A stretch of 27,550 nucleotides of DNA from Octopus sinensis (taxonomy: Eukaryota), in contig NW_021833476.1 in NCBI RefSeq assembly GCF_006345805.1, positions 1 to 27,550 of the forward strand. Direction: 5' to 3'. Below, in pieces: positions 1 to 11,843 of this stretch. The stretch's first letter is position 1. Each line of letters opens with the position of its first letter. The position numbers and the translations under genes are program-made. The notes under the pieces are model-generated. The model saw only the letters and a program-made list of their open reading frames with translations. It was not told the origin of the DNA and did no database searches.

Positions 1-3
1 TAG

Positions 4-586
4 TTACACAAGCGACGGACCAGCCACCAGCAAAGTCCCCCGGATTCTTAAACCTTCTTTTACTAAGCTGATGTGTCAGGGGAAGTCTGGCCCTACTCCC
101 ATCAAATTTGAAATAATTGATACTTCAGAACATGAAAGTTCAGACCAAGCATGGCCACTGTTATATCCTGAGACAGTTCGCTTTTATATATTGACATAAG
201 GATATATTTATTATATGTTGTTCAGTTGTGGAACCTCAGTCATTTAATGTTCTGCCTTCTAAGGTAATCGAGTTATGTGATCCTCAGTGGACTTGTCACC
301 TTCCAAAGACCACCCCATTTATTGTTGTAGGGACCAAGACTGACCTTAGAGAAAGTCAGGATGTCATCGATGATTTAAATAGACGTGAATTGAAATTAAT
401 TTCTTACCAAAAAGGATTAAAGGAATCTAAAAAACTTGGTATTTTAGTTTTGATTTATCAGGTGCTTCAAAATATATTGAATGTTCTTCTACGACTTTTT
501 ATAATGTTCGAAATGTATTTCAAGTAGCTATTGATATGTTGTTAACCACGACGAAAGAATTGGACAATACTTGTTACATACTATAA
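4..586 (+). CDS. Atypical Rho/Rac/Cdc42-family small GTPase, 5'-partial (P-loop exon upstream of window)
   Basis: Exons 4-175, 201-263, 288-438, 462-586; GT-AG introns 176-200 (25 nt), 264-287 (24), 439-461 (23). Spliced: YTSDGPATSKVPRILKPSF..FEIIDTSEHESSDQAWPLLYPET-DIFIICCSVVEPQSFNVLPSK-WTCHLPKTTPFIVVGTKTDLR..G-ASKYIECSS..NVRNVFQVAI..NTCYIL*. It aligns by eye to Rho (SYTT, PLSYPQTDVF, TPIILVGTKLDLR, YLECSA) and ends in a CAAX box (CYIL). Confidence 0.9.
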
Positions 587-864
587 TTAACAACTTACTA
601 TTTAGAAAATGAATTCTTAAGTTAAATCTGATATAGCTAATCAAATAATTTCTAAAACTGTTGACCATTTGTCAATAGATTAAGATTATATAAAAATATC
701 TAAGATTTTTTTGCATAAGAATTCAACTTTTTGTTTTTAAAAATCATAAACTAATACAGTAAAACGAATTCGAGATGCAATTTAGACAATATTTTATTGT
801 TGAAACACGAACTTACAATATATTAAATATTCCTTTTTATATACAAATGACTAGGGGATTCCCC

Positions 865-1490
865 CTGACTGAAGCAAACTTGTGACTTCTGCAAGACCGA
901 AAATTGTTTTTCAATAACGGAGAGAATAAATGCAGCCACTGCAACTCATTCAAAAAAGACCGTTGTCACCTGATGTGGGCGAATGCTTAACGGCCCCTAT
1001 TTCAGACGCCATAACGAAGTGGTCAAATGCTCGAATCTGCATCTATATCACTAATACGGAATTAAAAAATCTAAAAATTAAAAACTCATTTAGTCCATTC
1101 TGTTATTACCAACAAATTTGTGTAAATCCGAGTTGACATAAACCTTTTGACTATAATAGTATCCCGAATATCAAACCCGACATATTTTTCCACGACAAAT
1201 CGAGCAACAGAATTAAATTTATCAAACTGAGGATTACTTTACAGATTTTTCTCAGGTAGATCGAATTGAAAAAGTTTCATAATACGACTTCTGACAAATA
1301 AACTGAAAGCGATCCACCTGGCGAAAGTAAAGATTGTCCCTGTCGTTATGACCTGGTGCGGAATTGTGTCAAAATTCTTCAAGAACCACCTGGAGGCGCT
1401 GGGAGTGGAGGACAAGTCGAAGCATATACCCCGACACAGACCTTAGAATGCATACAAAAACAAGGTGCCTTTTGAGGAGGTACCGCGTGA
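865..1490 (+). mobile_element. Decayed 3' part of an R4-like restriction-like-endonuclease (RLE) non-LTR retrotransposon
   Basis: Frameshifted remnants EANL*LLQDRKLFF..KCSHCNSF..HL, RRHNEVVKC, KPDIFFHDK, KVKIVPVVMTWCGIVSKFFKNHLEALG, VEAY..TLECI match the CCHC zinc knuckle, RHN and PD..D RLE tail. Confidence 0.75.
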
Positions 1491-1639
1491 ATCTACACTG
1501 CGCTGACAATTTCCCCATGTCTCAACCTTTTCAATTATATGATTTATTTCAAATTGGGAAATTCAGCTCAAAAGTTTTCTCCATAAAATTTGTTTAAATT
1601 AAGGCCATTTTGAAATTTAACTTTTCTAGCCAGCCAAAA

Positions 1640-1985
1640 CTTGGTACATTTCTGTTCCACCCTCTCACCTTGTTTAGCAGATGTACAGACCCAGTCAACA
1701 CTTTTTCAAAGACGAATATAGTCGACTCGACAATCAATCCAGGGTCTACCGCTACAAAGGCTGAGGAACTTAAAAAGTCGAAATACGCTAATTTTACAGA
1801 CAACATGATCTTTTCCCCAATCTCCGTAAAAACACCCGGAGCCATGACTAATTAATCATCCGGAGCTCGTTGGGGAAATCGTGCAACTGATTTCCAGAAG
1901 ACAAAGAGAGCCTCGAGAGAAGAATTGGCTGTTCCAAATAATCTCGATTGCGGTTCTGAGGGGTATTGTTTTCTCGATCATAGGT
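1640..1985 (+). mobile_element. CRE-like non-LTR retrotransposon 3' remnant
   Basis: PGSTATKAEELKKSKYANF..FSPISVKTPG, then ELVGEI..REPRERNWLFQIISIAVLRG, matching the CRE RLE C-terminus (AE..K..KY, F.P.A.ET.G, WLFQR.S.A..RGN). Confidence 0.75.
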
Positions 1986-2310
1986 AATTGTGATTAAAAC
2001 TAACTTAATAAAAGTTCTGACTTGAAAAAAATTTAATGCATATAAAATTATTCTGTGTCTAGCGCAAAGTAATTGGCGAGATATCTAATAGTTCAAAATA
2101 AAAACTGTCTAAAAATGATTAAAAAGAATATAGATTAAATAGTTAAGATGAAATAAAAGATTAAAATACTGTTAAAATAAAAACAATTCAATTACAGAAT
2201 ATCGAATATTTTAAATTTAATCAATTTTAACAAAAATATAAACCATAAATATAATGGAAGAATAGAGTTTTAACGTGATTATCTAACTACATTAGGTTTT
2301 CCAAATAAAA

Positions 2311-2885
2311 TTAACTGCAATAAAACAAATATTTTATTATAATTAACCTCATCGGTGTCGATGTGGAGGTATGGCCTTGCCATGAGGCACTTAACGACAT
2401 CATCTCGCGAGCACTCAATTCTGTCGTTTTCCCAAATAATACTCGAACCAGTCGGTCTGGACATGGGGGACTGCAAATCCACTTTTTTGCGAGGTAGGAC
2501 TTTCTCCTCCATGTGGCTAACATCTTGGAATCTCGCTGCCTATTTTCCTCTGGCTGCTTACTCAACAAATAGTGAACATTGACTCAGTAGTGATAAATCA
2601 AAAAATTTAAACCTTGGCGCTTGTGCATTACACTGACCTGGCCACTGTTTTGAGCATTTCTTCTATTATTTTCACAACTTTGTCGACATCATTCTCCGCG
2701 ATTTTCTGAAGCTCCACTGAAAAAAATGAATCCTTCGTTTTATTTGAGTATCTTTCAATAAATAAAACAGATCCAACCCTGTACTCCACGAGAAATCTGC
2801 TCCTATTTGTGGGGTGATAAAGCCTCCTAAAAAGGATAGGTATCGCTACCCACAAAAAAAGAACACTAAAAGTTTGTTTAGACAT
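2311..2885 (-). CDS. Putative spliced gene, 164 aa, unknown function
   Basis: ORFs 2628-2885 and 2311-2568 join into one open frame using GT-AG introns 2613-2637 (25 nt), 2540-2561 (22) and 2315-2347 (33). The N-terminus is hydrophobic. No homology recognised. Confidence 0.4.
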
Positions 2886-2900
2886 TAAAATTACTACAAA

Positions 2901-3860
2901 ATGTCAAAAAAACTCTTTAAACAAAAAAACTTTTTAAGCAAAAAAGTAGTCGAAACGGCAGCGCATTTATTTGAATCGACAGTAACTAGTAGGTCAGCAG
3001 ACGAAAAAGTAATTTTTCTATCCAAAAAAACAGACTTCCAACTTCTTTTCCCCACTTCTCAAGCGGGTCATCCATGGTGTAGACATCCATTCAGAAAAAG
3101 CCCTAAATTTGTCGTTAATTATTTTGGTATAATCTCTAAGAGGATGTTTTTGTATGTTACAAACCTAAACTGATGGAACGTGTGAGAGCACAATATATTT
3201 GTAGTGTGGTAATGTCTTTAGTGAAATTCGAGCAAGTAGGATTGGTTTAGGTCCATTATCGAGAAGGGGATTCTTTTTTAATGCCACTTTTATGTTTTCG
3301 TAGGCATCAATTCTAACTCTAATTTGCAAGAATACACATTGCCGATGAAGGATCAGGAATAGTCAAGCACTGTGTACCAAATCTTCTCTTTTGACGATTA
3401 TTTTGGAATTTATATATTTTGTGTCCGTAAATTCAAATCGAAACCCCTACTACCTCGAGAAATTAAAAAAACTGAATTTACCAGAAACAGGATTCTTTCA
3501 ATAGTAGATTGAACACACATACGAAGTAGACATTTAACAGATTTCTAAAATCCACGTGGTTTTGAGTGGAAAACAGTTTGTAAGTCGCGTTGAAAGTTAA
3601 TTGGTCATCAAATCATTAAAACGTGGATGCGTTCATGAAGGTATTCAGCATTAAAAGAAAAGATATCTAACTGGATGCTTTTTGCTGCCACGGATAGCCA
3701 TATGTTTGAGTACGTAAGTGATTCCTTTATCGTTTTCCGCGTATGTTAGAATGGCGATGCTTATTTTAAGTTATTTCATTATTTTAATACCAGGAGACAT
3801 TATTAGCGTCGTCTGAGGCAATTTGGAGATATTCTGCCTCGATTTATCATGCTTAAATAA
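2901..3860 (+). pseudogene. Possible decayed or mis-spliced gene with tiny-intron-like signals
   Basis: ATG at 2901, a 25-nt GT-AG at 3009-3033, and further 22-36 nt GT-AG segments around 3641-3795 giving ..KISNWMLFAATDSHMFEY-NGDAYFK-RHY*RRLRQ. I could not build a continuous frame. Confidence 0.25.
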
Positions 3861-3911
3861 GTATTGGTTAGTCTGAGTTTGTTGATTTTTGTAGTTTTAA
3901 TGGATAGTTAT

Positions 3912-4160
3912 TTAAAGAACAGGCACTTTTTGAGACAAAAACCCTATAGAATCTAGAAGCTCATTTTCGTGTCCATGCTCAAAGACAACTCGACAAGTCC
4001 TTCGTGCGGGCATAGAATGTCTGGTGGTCCTCCACTCCAAGTTTAGAAAGCAATGACAGAAAATCAAAAACCGATTGCCACTCTCCAGCTTGCAAAACTC
4101 ATCCACAGAGGGATTAGCAAAATAAAAGGCAAACACAAGACTAATGATTAGGGCGAACAT
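3912..4160 (-). CDS. Small ORF (82 aa) with signal-peptide-like N-terminus
   Basis: MFALIISLVFAFYFANPS. Its start and upstream region are duplicated at 4688-4822. No homology recognised. Confidence 0.3.
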   Translation of the reverse strand: MFALIISLVFAFYFANPSVDEFCKLESGNRFLIFCHCFLNLEWRTTRHSMPARRTCRVVFEHGHENELLDSIGFLSQKVPVL

Positions 4161-4822
4161 TTATGAACCTTAAAAATTGAAAAAATAGCCTTAAAAAGTT
4201 AACTTTATTTAGAAAAATTTTCAACTTAGAAATTAACTTTATGGCATAAATAGACCATTTCGCACAGTTAAATAAAAATGTTTGTCTTTCTCATTTTACC
4301 TTTTTTAATCTCTAACGATGAAGAATTTAAAGGTTTTGTTAGTTAATATTTATTTATAGGCGACTTTATTATATCCGAATTGGATTTGGGCAAAGTATTT
4401 ATTTTATATAAATTTCTAACATTTAAAATTGCTCTATTTAGAAGTTGACAGAGAACCCACCAAACTGTGAACTCCGAGAAACAAGAACCTCATGAAAGAT
4501 AAAGGTTTTTGATTGTCAAAAAAAGTCCACTTATTCCATCTTTCCAGCCTTATAAAAGCAAATGCGTTTTCCCTTTTGAGCAGTGCATTGGAGAAACAGA
4601 AGTATAGACAAGGAGGTTAAGTCAAAGAGAGGAGAACAGGAGTGGTGGAGGGTTAGTTAGTTTCGGCTTCTCAGTTACTCCTGAACCCAAAATAAAAAAC
4701 AAACACAAAACTAATTATTAGGAAAACATTTTTTAACCTTAAAAATTAACAAAATTTAACCGTAAAAAGTTAACTTTATTAACCTATAAACTAAAATTTT
4801 TAACTTAAAAATTAACTTTATT
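4119..4822 (-). repeat. Two diverged ~125-135 bp copies (4119-4242, 4688-4822) of an upstream region plus signal-peptide start
   Basis: Direct alignment: aaacacaagactaatgattagggcgaacat..aaccttaaaaatt..taaaaagttaactttatt vs aaacacaaaactaattattaggaaaacat..aaccttaaaaatt..taaaaagttaactttatt. Confidence 0.8.
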
Positions 4823-4859
4823 TTTTCTTTACTTAAACTTCTAAATTAATAATTTTAAT

Positions 4860-5420
4860 TGGATCGCTTTCCAAAATTTTCTTCTGAAAATATTTTTAGC
4901 CACTGTTTTATTTTACCCAAAATCTACTGCACTAAGAGTCGAATATGATAGAAAATTACCTCGTTCTCATTTATTTCAAAAATATTAATCCCTGATATAA
5001 ATTTTTTTGGAATAATAAGATGAAACTTTTAACCAGTATCCCATCTGGTCAATACTACTTTCGGCGGAATTCTAATTTCTGAAAACAACAATTGTTGGTT
5101 TTGATTTTTCCTAATTGCAGCTTGTACACTCGATATCACATCATCAACTTCTGGATAAAATTTTCTGATCTCCATTGAACAATTATGTAAAATATGGGCA
5201 ACACAATTGACCTAGAAAATATTAGGATATAGATTTGTAAAAATAAAAATTTTCCTGGGTAAATCGAAAATAAATTAAAAATACCGGCCATCATATACCT
5301 TGCAGTATCATAATGTCAATTATAAAACTGAAAATGTATTGCTTGTGTAAACGATTCAATTTGAAAGAATAATCTTCATAACGAGGTTTGCTCTCAATAT
5401 CTCAATTTTTCTTCATTGAA
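4860..5420 (-). mobile_element. Decayed hAT-like transposase remnant
   Basis: DTARYMMAG..NLYPNIF*VNCVAHILHNCSMEIRKFYPEVDDVISSVQAA..PPKVVLTRW contains the CxxH and TRW motifs of hAT-type transposases. Confidence 0.7.
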
Positions 5421-5785
5421 AAAACATCCGACTTATAGAGAATTGATTTTTATTTAGATAATCATTAATTTCTTTCCTAAACTTTATTAATCAAATGTTC
5501 AAGCATCTATTTTTTTCTGTTAAAAAAATCTCGTATTTATTGTTAATGTTTCGTTGGTCCATCCACACAATTTCCCGAAAAACATTACTGTCTGCATATA
5601 TGCCGTTTAAACGCTGATGTTTAGAGCTTCAAAATTAGTGCTTGAGGCATCAATACAAATGCTCACGCTTTCGACGTTGAAGACTGAAAACGCTATAATT
5701 ATGCAAGTAAAATAATAGTTTTAAAGCGTTTTTTCAAAGTTCCGTAAAATGATGAAGTTGAAAATATTTAGAAAATAATAAAGAA

Positions 5786-7357
5786 TTATAAATCATCAAC
5801 TAGGTGACGTGCAATGCCCATACTCGAAAGCGTAGTTTTATAATGTGTCATATATTCAGGATCCGTCAAATAAAATATTTTTGGGTCCCTCTGTGTCTTA
5901 TTTGAGTATTTTGATTGACGATAAAATACGACTCCAATGAATATGATACTTATTACTAAAAATATGAGAAAAATAATCCAGGCAGACACCACACGTCTCT
6001 TTTGCCGGCTATCTGGAAATAAATTTAGTGGTTCTGAGACCACCAAATAAACAGTCTTTGCAGCTTTTCCGAAATCATTTTCGACAAGACATCGAATACT
6101 CATTGACTTTTCTGTCAAAATACTCAAAAGTGAATTATTTTGTGACAGTGTTGATACCAATTTATCCGAATAAGTCTCTAAATGTAATAATAGTGTGATT
6201 ACCATATTCCTCTAAATTTATATACCACTTTATTTTAGGTTCGGGGTACCCTTTTTCAGGAATACATTTAAAATTCGCCGTATTACCAGACGTGACGTTT
6301 TGTGAGCGAAGGGAGTCAGAAATGGCAGGCAATTCTTTAATATTTAAAACTATTTTAACCGTAAATAGATACAGTAAATGTTTTTTCAGTTTCTTTCGTA
6401 TCTACATATGTCTCGTTCAAACATAAAAATTCGGTTTTCTTTCGTGGAGGTTTGTGTTCAGACCTACAAGCAAAAATTTCAGGTTCTTTTTTTTCAGTGG
6501 CAACTATTTTCATAACGTGAGATGAGATAAGTTCATTATTCTTATAATAAAGGCCAGGGTTTCCAACCCTAAAATCAATGTTGGTGGGAAAACCTTCCAA
6601 AATAGAAACAAGGGACGATATTATGGACTTTTCCAAACTCTAAAGCGACGTTTGACGTTTTTGGAAAAAAGTGAATTAGATCAAAATCGGATTCTTAAAA
6701 ATTTAGATTATTATCAAAATAAACCCTGAATAGTGAAATTAAAAAAATATGATTTTAACTCTTTGTTCCCAATACAAATATACTTGCACGTGGAGTCTTC
6801 TGCAATTAAGTATTTTATATATAAATCATTGTCGACCACATAAAATCTGTCATGATCTGCTTTCCCTATAATTTTGGTCATTTCCTCTGCATATTGGGGC
6901 CATCTGTGCCAGGTGCATTGGCCAGTGATTCCATTTCCACTTAGAATGGCAAATGGAAGTGTATATGTATTATATACTATAATTATAACATTTCTATATA
7001 CCGATATGTAGTATTGGACTCTCTACATTCATTGGGAGAGATATTTCGTAACCACATTCGTTTTCGACAGAACATTGAAATATTCCATTTCCTTGGAACC
7101 CCTTGCTAAATGCGAGCTTATTGCCATTTTTATAAAAATAGTAATTAGTTTCAAAGTCAATAGGAATCCCATCTTTAGTCCAACTGAATATTTTATATAT
7201 AAATATACTTGTATTCAGTTGTATTTGTCTCTATTGGACATGTAATACTACGCTTATAATAAGTGAGTAGAAATGTAGTTTGTGACATATCCATTGTCGG
7301 GGGAGTGCAGTGGAGGGATATACTTGGATAAATAAATATGAGCAGATAAACTAACAT
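5786..7357 (-). CDS. Immunoglobulin-superfamily type I membrane protein (~471 aa, about four Ig-like domains)
   Basis: ATG at 7357; introns 7184-7208, 6977-7001, 6694-6724, 6569-6593, 6335-6359, 6178-6202 (25,25,31,25,25,25 nt) give a 1416-nt open frame. Features: signal peptide MLVYLLIFIYPSISL; ITCP..YNWTKDG..GIFQCSVENECG; FKCIPEKGYPEPKIKWY..CLVENDFG; TM AWIIFLIFLVISIIFIGVVFY; short cytoplasmic tail. Confidence 0.85.
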
Positions 7358-8199
7358 TTGTCGTCATCTACGGAATTATACATATTTATAATTTATTTCC
7401 TTGTGTGCTATTTATGTCTATTTTTATAAAAAGAGTTAACGTCAACAGTCTTCAAAATTAAGCTTACACAATTTCAATTTTTTGAAATCTCAAAAACTGG
7501 TTTTGCCTAGAGAAGTGAAAATCCTGCGAGTAATACAAATAGATTACAGAAATCAAGAATTGCAGGATTTTTAATTTCTAAATTTGGAATTAAATATAAA
7601 GGAAATTAAAAACATGACAAGTGACTCCATAAAGTATATTACAAGTTGTTATGTAATCATTTATATTAAAACTTGCACGGAAATATGAAAATTAAACGTA
7701 AAAATTGAAGTAAAATCTAAGAGCAATTAAAAGTTACTAGAAACAATATTAATCAATCAAGTAATATACATCTCTGTGTGGAGGAATAAATAGACTCGTC
7801 AATTTATGTATGTTAAAAGGGATGGATAGATTAATTTAATCATAATTAGTCATTAAATGTCTCATTTTGTCACAATATGCTTCATTTTTTTTAGTTAGAA
7901 ACAAGAAAGAAATTAAAGGCCTCACTAGACACCCGGCCAGCCTCGCGAAATAATATTTATGTTTTAAGACTGAGTAAAAATTAATTTAGTTATAAGAAAA
8001 TTTTATTAAAACAAAACAAAATTTAATCAAGGTTACACTATTTAATTGAGATTTTGACTTTTTACTGTTGGAAATCTCTTTCCTTTTTAAAGGGGAGAAT
8101 TTTCTACCATAGATAAAGTTATGTGTCTCATACCTTTAATTGAAGTATCCCACAAGAATGCCAGTACCACGGGTAGGTCGGTAGCGAAGGTATATTCTT

Positions 8200-8390
8200 C
8201 ACCAAATACCTTCATCCCATACTTATGTTTAATCAACATACTTTCAAGCGTCCTTTTCAGTATAACGGATTGGATATAAATTTTCGTTGATTATTCAAGG
8301 GTTATTTTATCCATGTAATTTTAACAGCATTTTGAAACAACTCTATCCATAGTTATAAGTAGTATGTGCCATTTATAATACATAGGATTG
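8200..8390 (-). mobile_element. R4-like RLE non-LTR retrotransposon 3' remnant
   Basis: ILLITMDRVVSKCC*NYMDKI..KIYIQSVILKRTLESM, homologous to the tail at 1330-1490. Confidence 0.6.
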
Positions 8391-8699
8391 TTCAAGACGT
8401 GTTTTTTTATGAAAATAAAAACATAATGTTGATCTATAACATGGAAGTCAAAGAACTTATTATTAAATTTCACTTATATTAACATTAAAATAAAAAAAAA
8501 CTAGAATAATGTAAAGAAGAATTTAATAATTTGATTAATGAATTAAAACCATTCTTCTGCCTAAATACATTATACAAACTTAACTCAAAGTCGAACCTGC
8601 GTCAGTTGGCTTCACTAAACTACCCGTGTAAGACGCATACGGGAGATTGACTCTAAAGACTTTCTATCTAAAGACTTCCTATCCGGCCTTAGAAAGGCG

Positions 8700-8890
8700 T
8701 TACGTGGTCCACCAAATTCACTTGGAGATTTCGACTGGATTTGAAAACGCCGAGGGGGCACCTAATGCTCACCGAAAAAGGACCAATAGCTCTCCTACCC
8801 CCTGGGACATCGTCGTCGCAGGACGATGCACTTTGCATAGGATTGAACCTTTCCGGAGGATCTCCGTCGAAGTGCGTCGGGATCACACGC
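8700..8890 (-). repeat. Dispersed repeat (second copy 26996-27110,+), possibly a non-LTR 5' region with a decayed C2H2 finger
   Basis: MIPTHFDGDPPERFNPMQSASSCDDDVPG vs VIADPNEGDPTERFDPAT*SA*DDDVPG; shared DNA ggagatcct..gaaaggttc.atcct and gacgacgatgtcccaggg. Followed by RCPLGVFKSSRNLQVNLVDH. Confidence 0.65.
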
Positions 8891-9109
8891 TAATTAGTTT
8901 GGTCTTAACTGTGGTCTTGGTGTTTAATAAATAAATAATCTCTACGACAGATTACTCCTGGAAGATGAATCTTTAATGATTGGTATCCATTAAAGCTTAG
9001 GCTTTGGATACCTGCCAGCCCCACCCTTGGCGGCGCGTGGCTACAGTTTTGTCAAACGGCTTTCATGTCTTGTTGTGCGAAAAAGTGCCATTAGAATTCC
9101 TCATTACAC

Positions 9110-9300
9110 TCAATTTTACATTGTCCCCTTAGTCTTAGAAACCTTTGGAATTGTCGGCAATGCTGCGACTCAACTTCTTTCTGACATTGGTTGAAAGTTT
9201 TAAAGAAAATTAACGACCGGACGGCGACTAGTTGGCTTTTTTAGCAAATTTCAGTCGCTGCGCTTCGCGAAAACTGTCACTAAATACACAGCGCAGCGTT
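9110..9300 (+). mobile_element. CRE-like non-LTR 3' remnant
   Basis: FYIVPLVLETFGIVGNAATQLLSDIG..DRTATSWLF*QISVAALRENC. Confidence 0.7.
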
Positions 9301-10199
9301 GTTGAGCTGACTTTTAGGCTCTCGACTGTTTTTTAGTTACCTTGTCTGTTTTTGGTCACATAATGAAATAATTAAAATTAAAAAAATTTATTGAACATTT
9401 AGCGATCTCATGACAATATACGCTGAAACAAAAAGCGACGCCATTGGTGTAATCACCGTATAGAAGAAGCAGGGTCTTTTGCTTGCTCCGTTTCCGGCCT
9501 GAGCCAGTACGACCCTCATTATTCAAACCTGAGAGCATTACTTTCATAATACTATCATGTTCACATTAACCATACGATGGCAACAGGCATCACTTACGAC
9601 CGACCACACGGCTTAATTTTTTCGGGATAAATGAATGTTAATATCAATTGTTTTTCATTCTTATCAATTTTTATTTAAATTCAAGATATAAGTCTGCTTG
9701 ATTTTTACAGTATAAGATATTAGAGAAAGTCGCGTTTAATGCAAGCCACTTTCTTAAAACAACTGAAAGACAGCTTCATCTCAGAGATCAAAGTCAACTT
9801 CGGGTATCTTCCGTAACTTTTTGAAATTCCACATTATGGCAAATAGACAAAAATAAAAAATGTGCTTTTTCCTTTGTCTTTGAAACCTGTGACGTTGGAA
9901 ATCGTACTTCTCTTTAAATAAAGAAGCTCAGACTTGCCTTGGTGAATAAAACTAAGCCTAAAATTATCCATCTTACAAAAAAATACTAAAATAAGCTTGC
10001 GATATCGGGGATCACTTGAAATTATAATTAACTTGCTTACCCTGGTCTTTTGGTCAATAATATCTCTCTGTCTCTCTTTCATTTTCAGCGGAAGACCGAT
10101 CGTCATTCATAAGGACGACTATTATCCTATTTGCAACCAAAAAGGTTATTATCAACGATAATTATAAATCAATTTCATATGAATTCAGTAAAACATAAT

Positions 10200-10376
10200 A
10201 CAATCTTAATTTCGTTGATAAAGTTTGGGGCCAAGACGCTTGCCCATCTCAAGAAACTTGGCCGCTTGTGCACCCACCGCTCCAGAGATCCGAGGGAATT
10301 TATATTCCTCATTCAGAGGATCTCGGTGGCTGTTTTACGCGGGAATTGTCTTTCAATCCTGCGAGCCAGTTCATAA
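10200..10376 (+). mobile_element. CRE-like non-LTR 3' remnant
   Basis: FGAKTLAHLKKLGRLCTHRSRDPREFIFLIQRISVAVLRGNCLSILRAS*. Confidence 0.8.
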
Positions 10377-10589
10377 TAGCTAGTTTTTTTTGTTTTCGTT
10401 ATTAAAAAAAAAAATTTTTTTTAAAAAAAGTTAATGTTAAATTCAGTAAAAAATTTGAGCTATTTAGAAAAATTAAATATTTAAAAATTATGCAAACCTC
10501 ATTTCTTATATTCATTAATCAACAAATCACCAAAAAGAGTAGAATTTTTTGTTAAAATTATGATGCAAAAGAATGGCAAAAATAAGACC

Positions 10590-10690
10590 TCTCTTTCAAA
10601 GAAAAAGTGTATTGTTTGAGATGCTACGTGCGTGAACTATTTTTCCTCTCAGAACATAAGAATATCACTAGAAAGGCCTGGAGCTCTATA
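10590..10690 (+). mobile_element. CRE-like non-LTR internal RLE remnant
   Basis: KKCIV*DATCVNYFSSQNIRISLERPG resembles GK.LVWDATCVDT..S.L....PG. Confidence 0.55.
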
Positions 10691-11059
10691 ACACGTGGGA
10701 ACATAATTTCAATTATTCAAACAAAAAAAATATTTATGAAACTTTGAATAATAAAAAATTTGACGTTTTTCAATCAATATAAGTCCCAAATATTCCAGAT
10801 TCCAATAATACGTTAAAGTAAACAATTCAAAAAGTAATCAACAATTTTTCAAAACGAATAAAAGCTTTAGTTACCTCTATATAATATCCCCCGCTAGACA
10901 GATTCCCGTGCAAAAATAGTGCTAGTAAAATTCATCGCCAGACTCAACCCAACAACGATGTCAGTCCTTGGTTTATGACCGACTAATTGCCAAAATCGAA
11001 AAAAGACTTTTCGCTTATTTTCCCGTGGAAAAACCGAATAATTCTACTCTTCCTAAAAT

Positions 11060-11541
11060 TACTTTATTTCCCCACGTTCACCACTCCCTCCGCCGACATC
11101 ATAAACCTACTCTTCACACAACCACAACAACTGCCTCACAATTATGTCCGGTGGACACAAATTGTTCACCACCGGGCCGAACATCACTACATTTCTCAAC
11201 GATACAAATCACTCTACTTTTATCCTCTCCTCCAAATTGCAAGCCATGTTCACCCCATTCAAATTCAACAGGTCTGATCTCAGTCAGATTTGCAGTCCCG
11301 CCCACCCACACTTCACTTTCGTCCTCAGGTCACGCACCCGATAACAGTCGATCACTTTTACCTCCTCACAATCACTCACCACGTCTATCAAATTCGTCTT
11401 TACTGTCAGGAACATTCGCAAAGAATGCAGTCGCACTGTATTTACCGTGTTCCCACACTTGTCTCCTTCATCCCACACGTAAAACTCCTCGTCTTTCAAC
11501 AGCTCTTCCAATTCCGTCATTCTCCTCATTTCCCGTAGCAC
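11060..11541 (-). CDS. Probable spliced gene of unknown function in the GC-rich island
   Basis: Purine-rich sense strand; MTELEELLKDEEFYVWDEG..; candidate 18-27 nt GT-AG introns (e.g. gtgggcgggactgcaaatctgactgag) remove in-frame stops. The exon structure is not uniquely resolved. Confidence 0.35.
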
Positions 11542-11599
11542 TTATTAAATATATCACGAAATGATGAGAATGCTCATTTATTAAACAATGCTCATCGAA

Positions 11600-11830
11600 C
11601 GCAATTTACGCTATGACTGTCCTATTGGGAGTGTCCTATTGGGACTATCAACCCGACAACCAGATGCAATTCATCCTACTGTCTTATGTATACGACTGCC
11701 CATTGGTACTGCTCAATTGGCACCCTTTTCTGTCCTATTTCCCATAGCACGCCAACCAGACGCAATTCACGACTGCCCTATTGGCATTGTCCTATTGACA
11801 CTCTTTTCTGTTCTATTGCCATTTGAGCAC
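11600..11830. repeat. Degenerate tandem array of CTGTCCTATTGG-like units (about 9), CCAAT-rich on the minus strand
   Basis: ATTGG at 11624, 11638, 11702, 11716, 11780 plus near-matches; longer duplicated block caaccaga(t/c)gcaattca. Confidence 0.7.
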
Positions 11831-11843
11831 ATCACAAAACCAT

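Noticed and set aside
2883-2903. Head-to-head starts only 15 bp apart suggesting an ultra-compact bidirectional promoter
   Set aside because: Neither start is verified and the + gene cannot be assembled into a continuous frame.
4278-4495. Spliced mini-ORF MFVFLILPFLISNDEEFK-GDFIISELDLGK (astacin propeptide-like EGDI)
   Set aside because: No downstream astacin domain or HExxH; at best a fragment.
9834-10106. Minus-strand ORF with 26- and 29-nt GT-AG segments
   Set aside because: Every splice combination I tried introduced a stop; possibly a decayed gene.
11210-11520. Faint resemblance to an OB-fold protein such as TEN1
   Set aside because: Only scattered similarity and it depends on the chosen introns; needs an HMM or structure search.
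10968-11564. 198-aa + strand ORF and overlapping + ORFs
   Set aside because: H/T/S/P/Q-rich composition typical of the antisense shadow of a purine-rich minus-strand coding region; no recognisable domain.
11600-11830. Short repeats as a possible CRISPR-like array
   Set aside because: Units are degenerate, with no constant repeat and unique-spacer pattern, and the context is eukaryotic.
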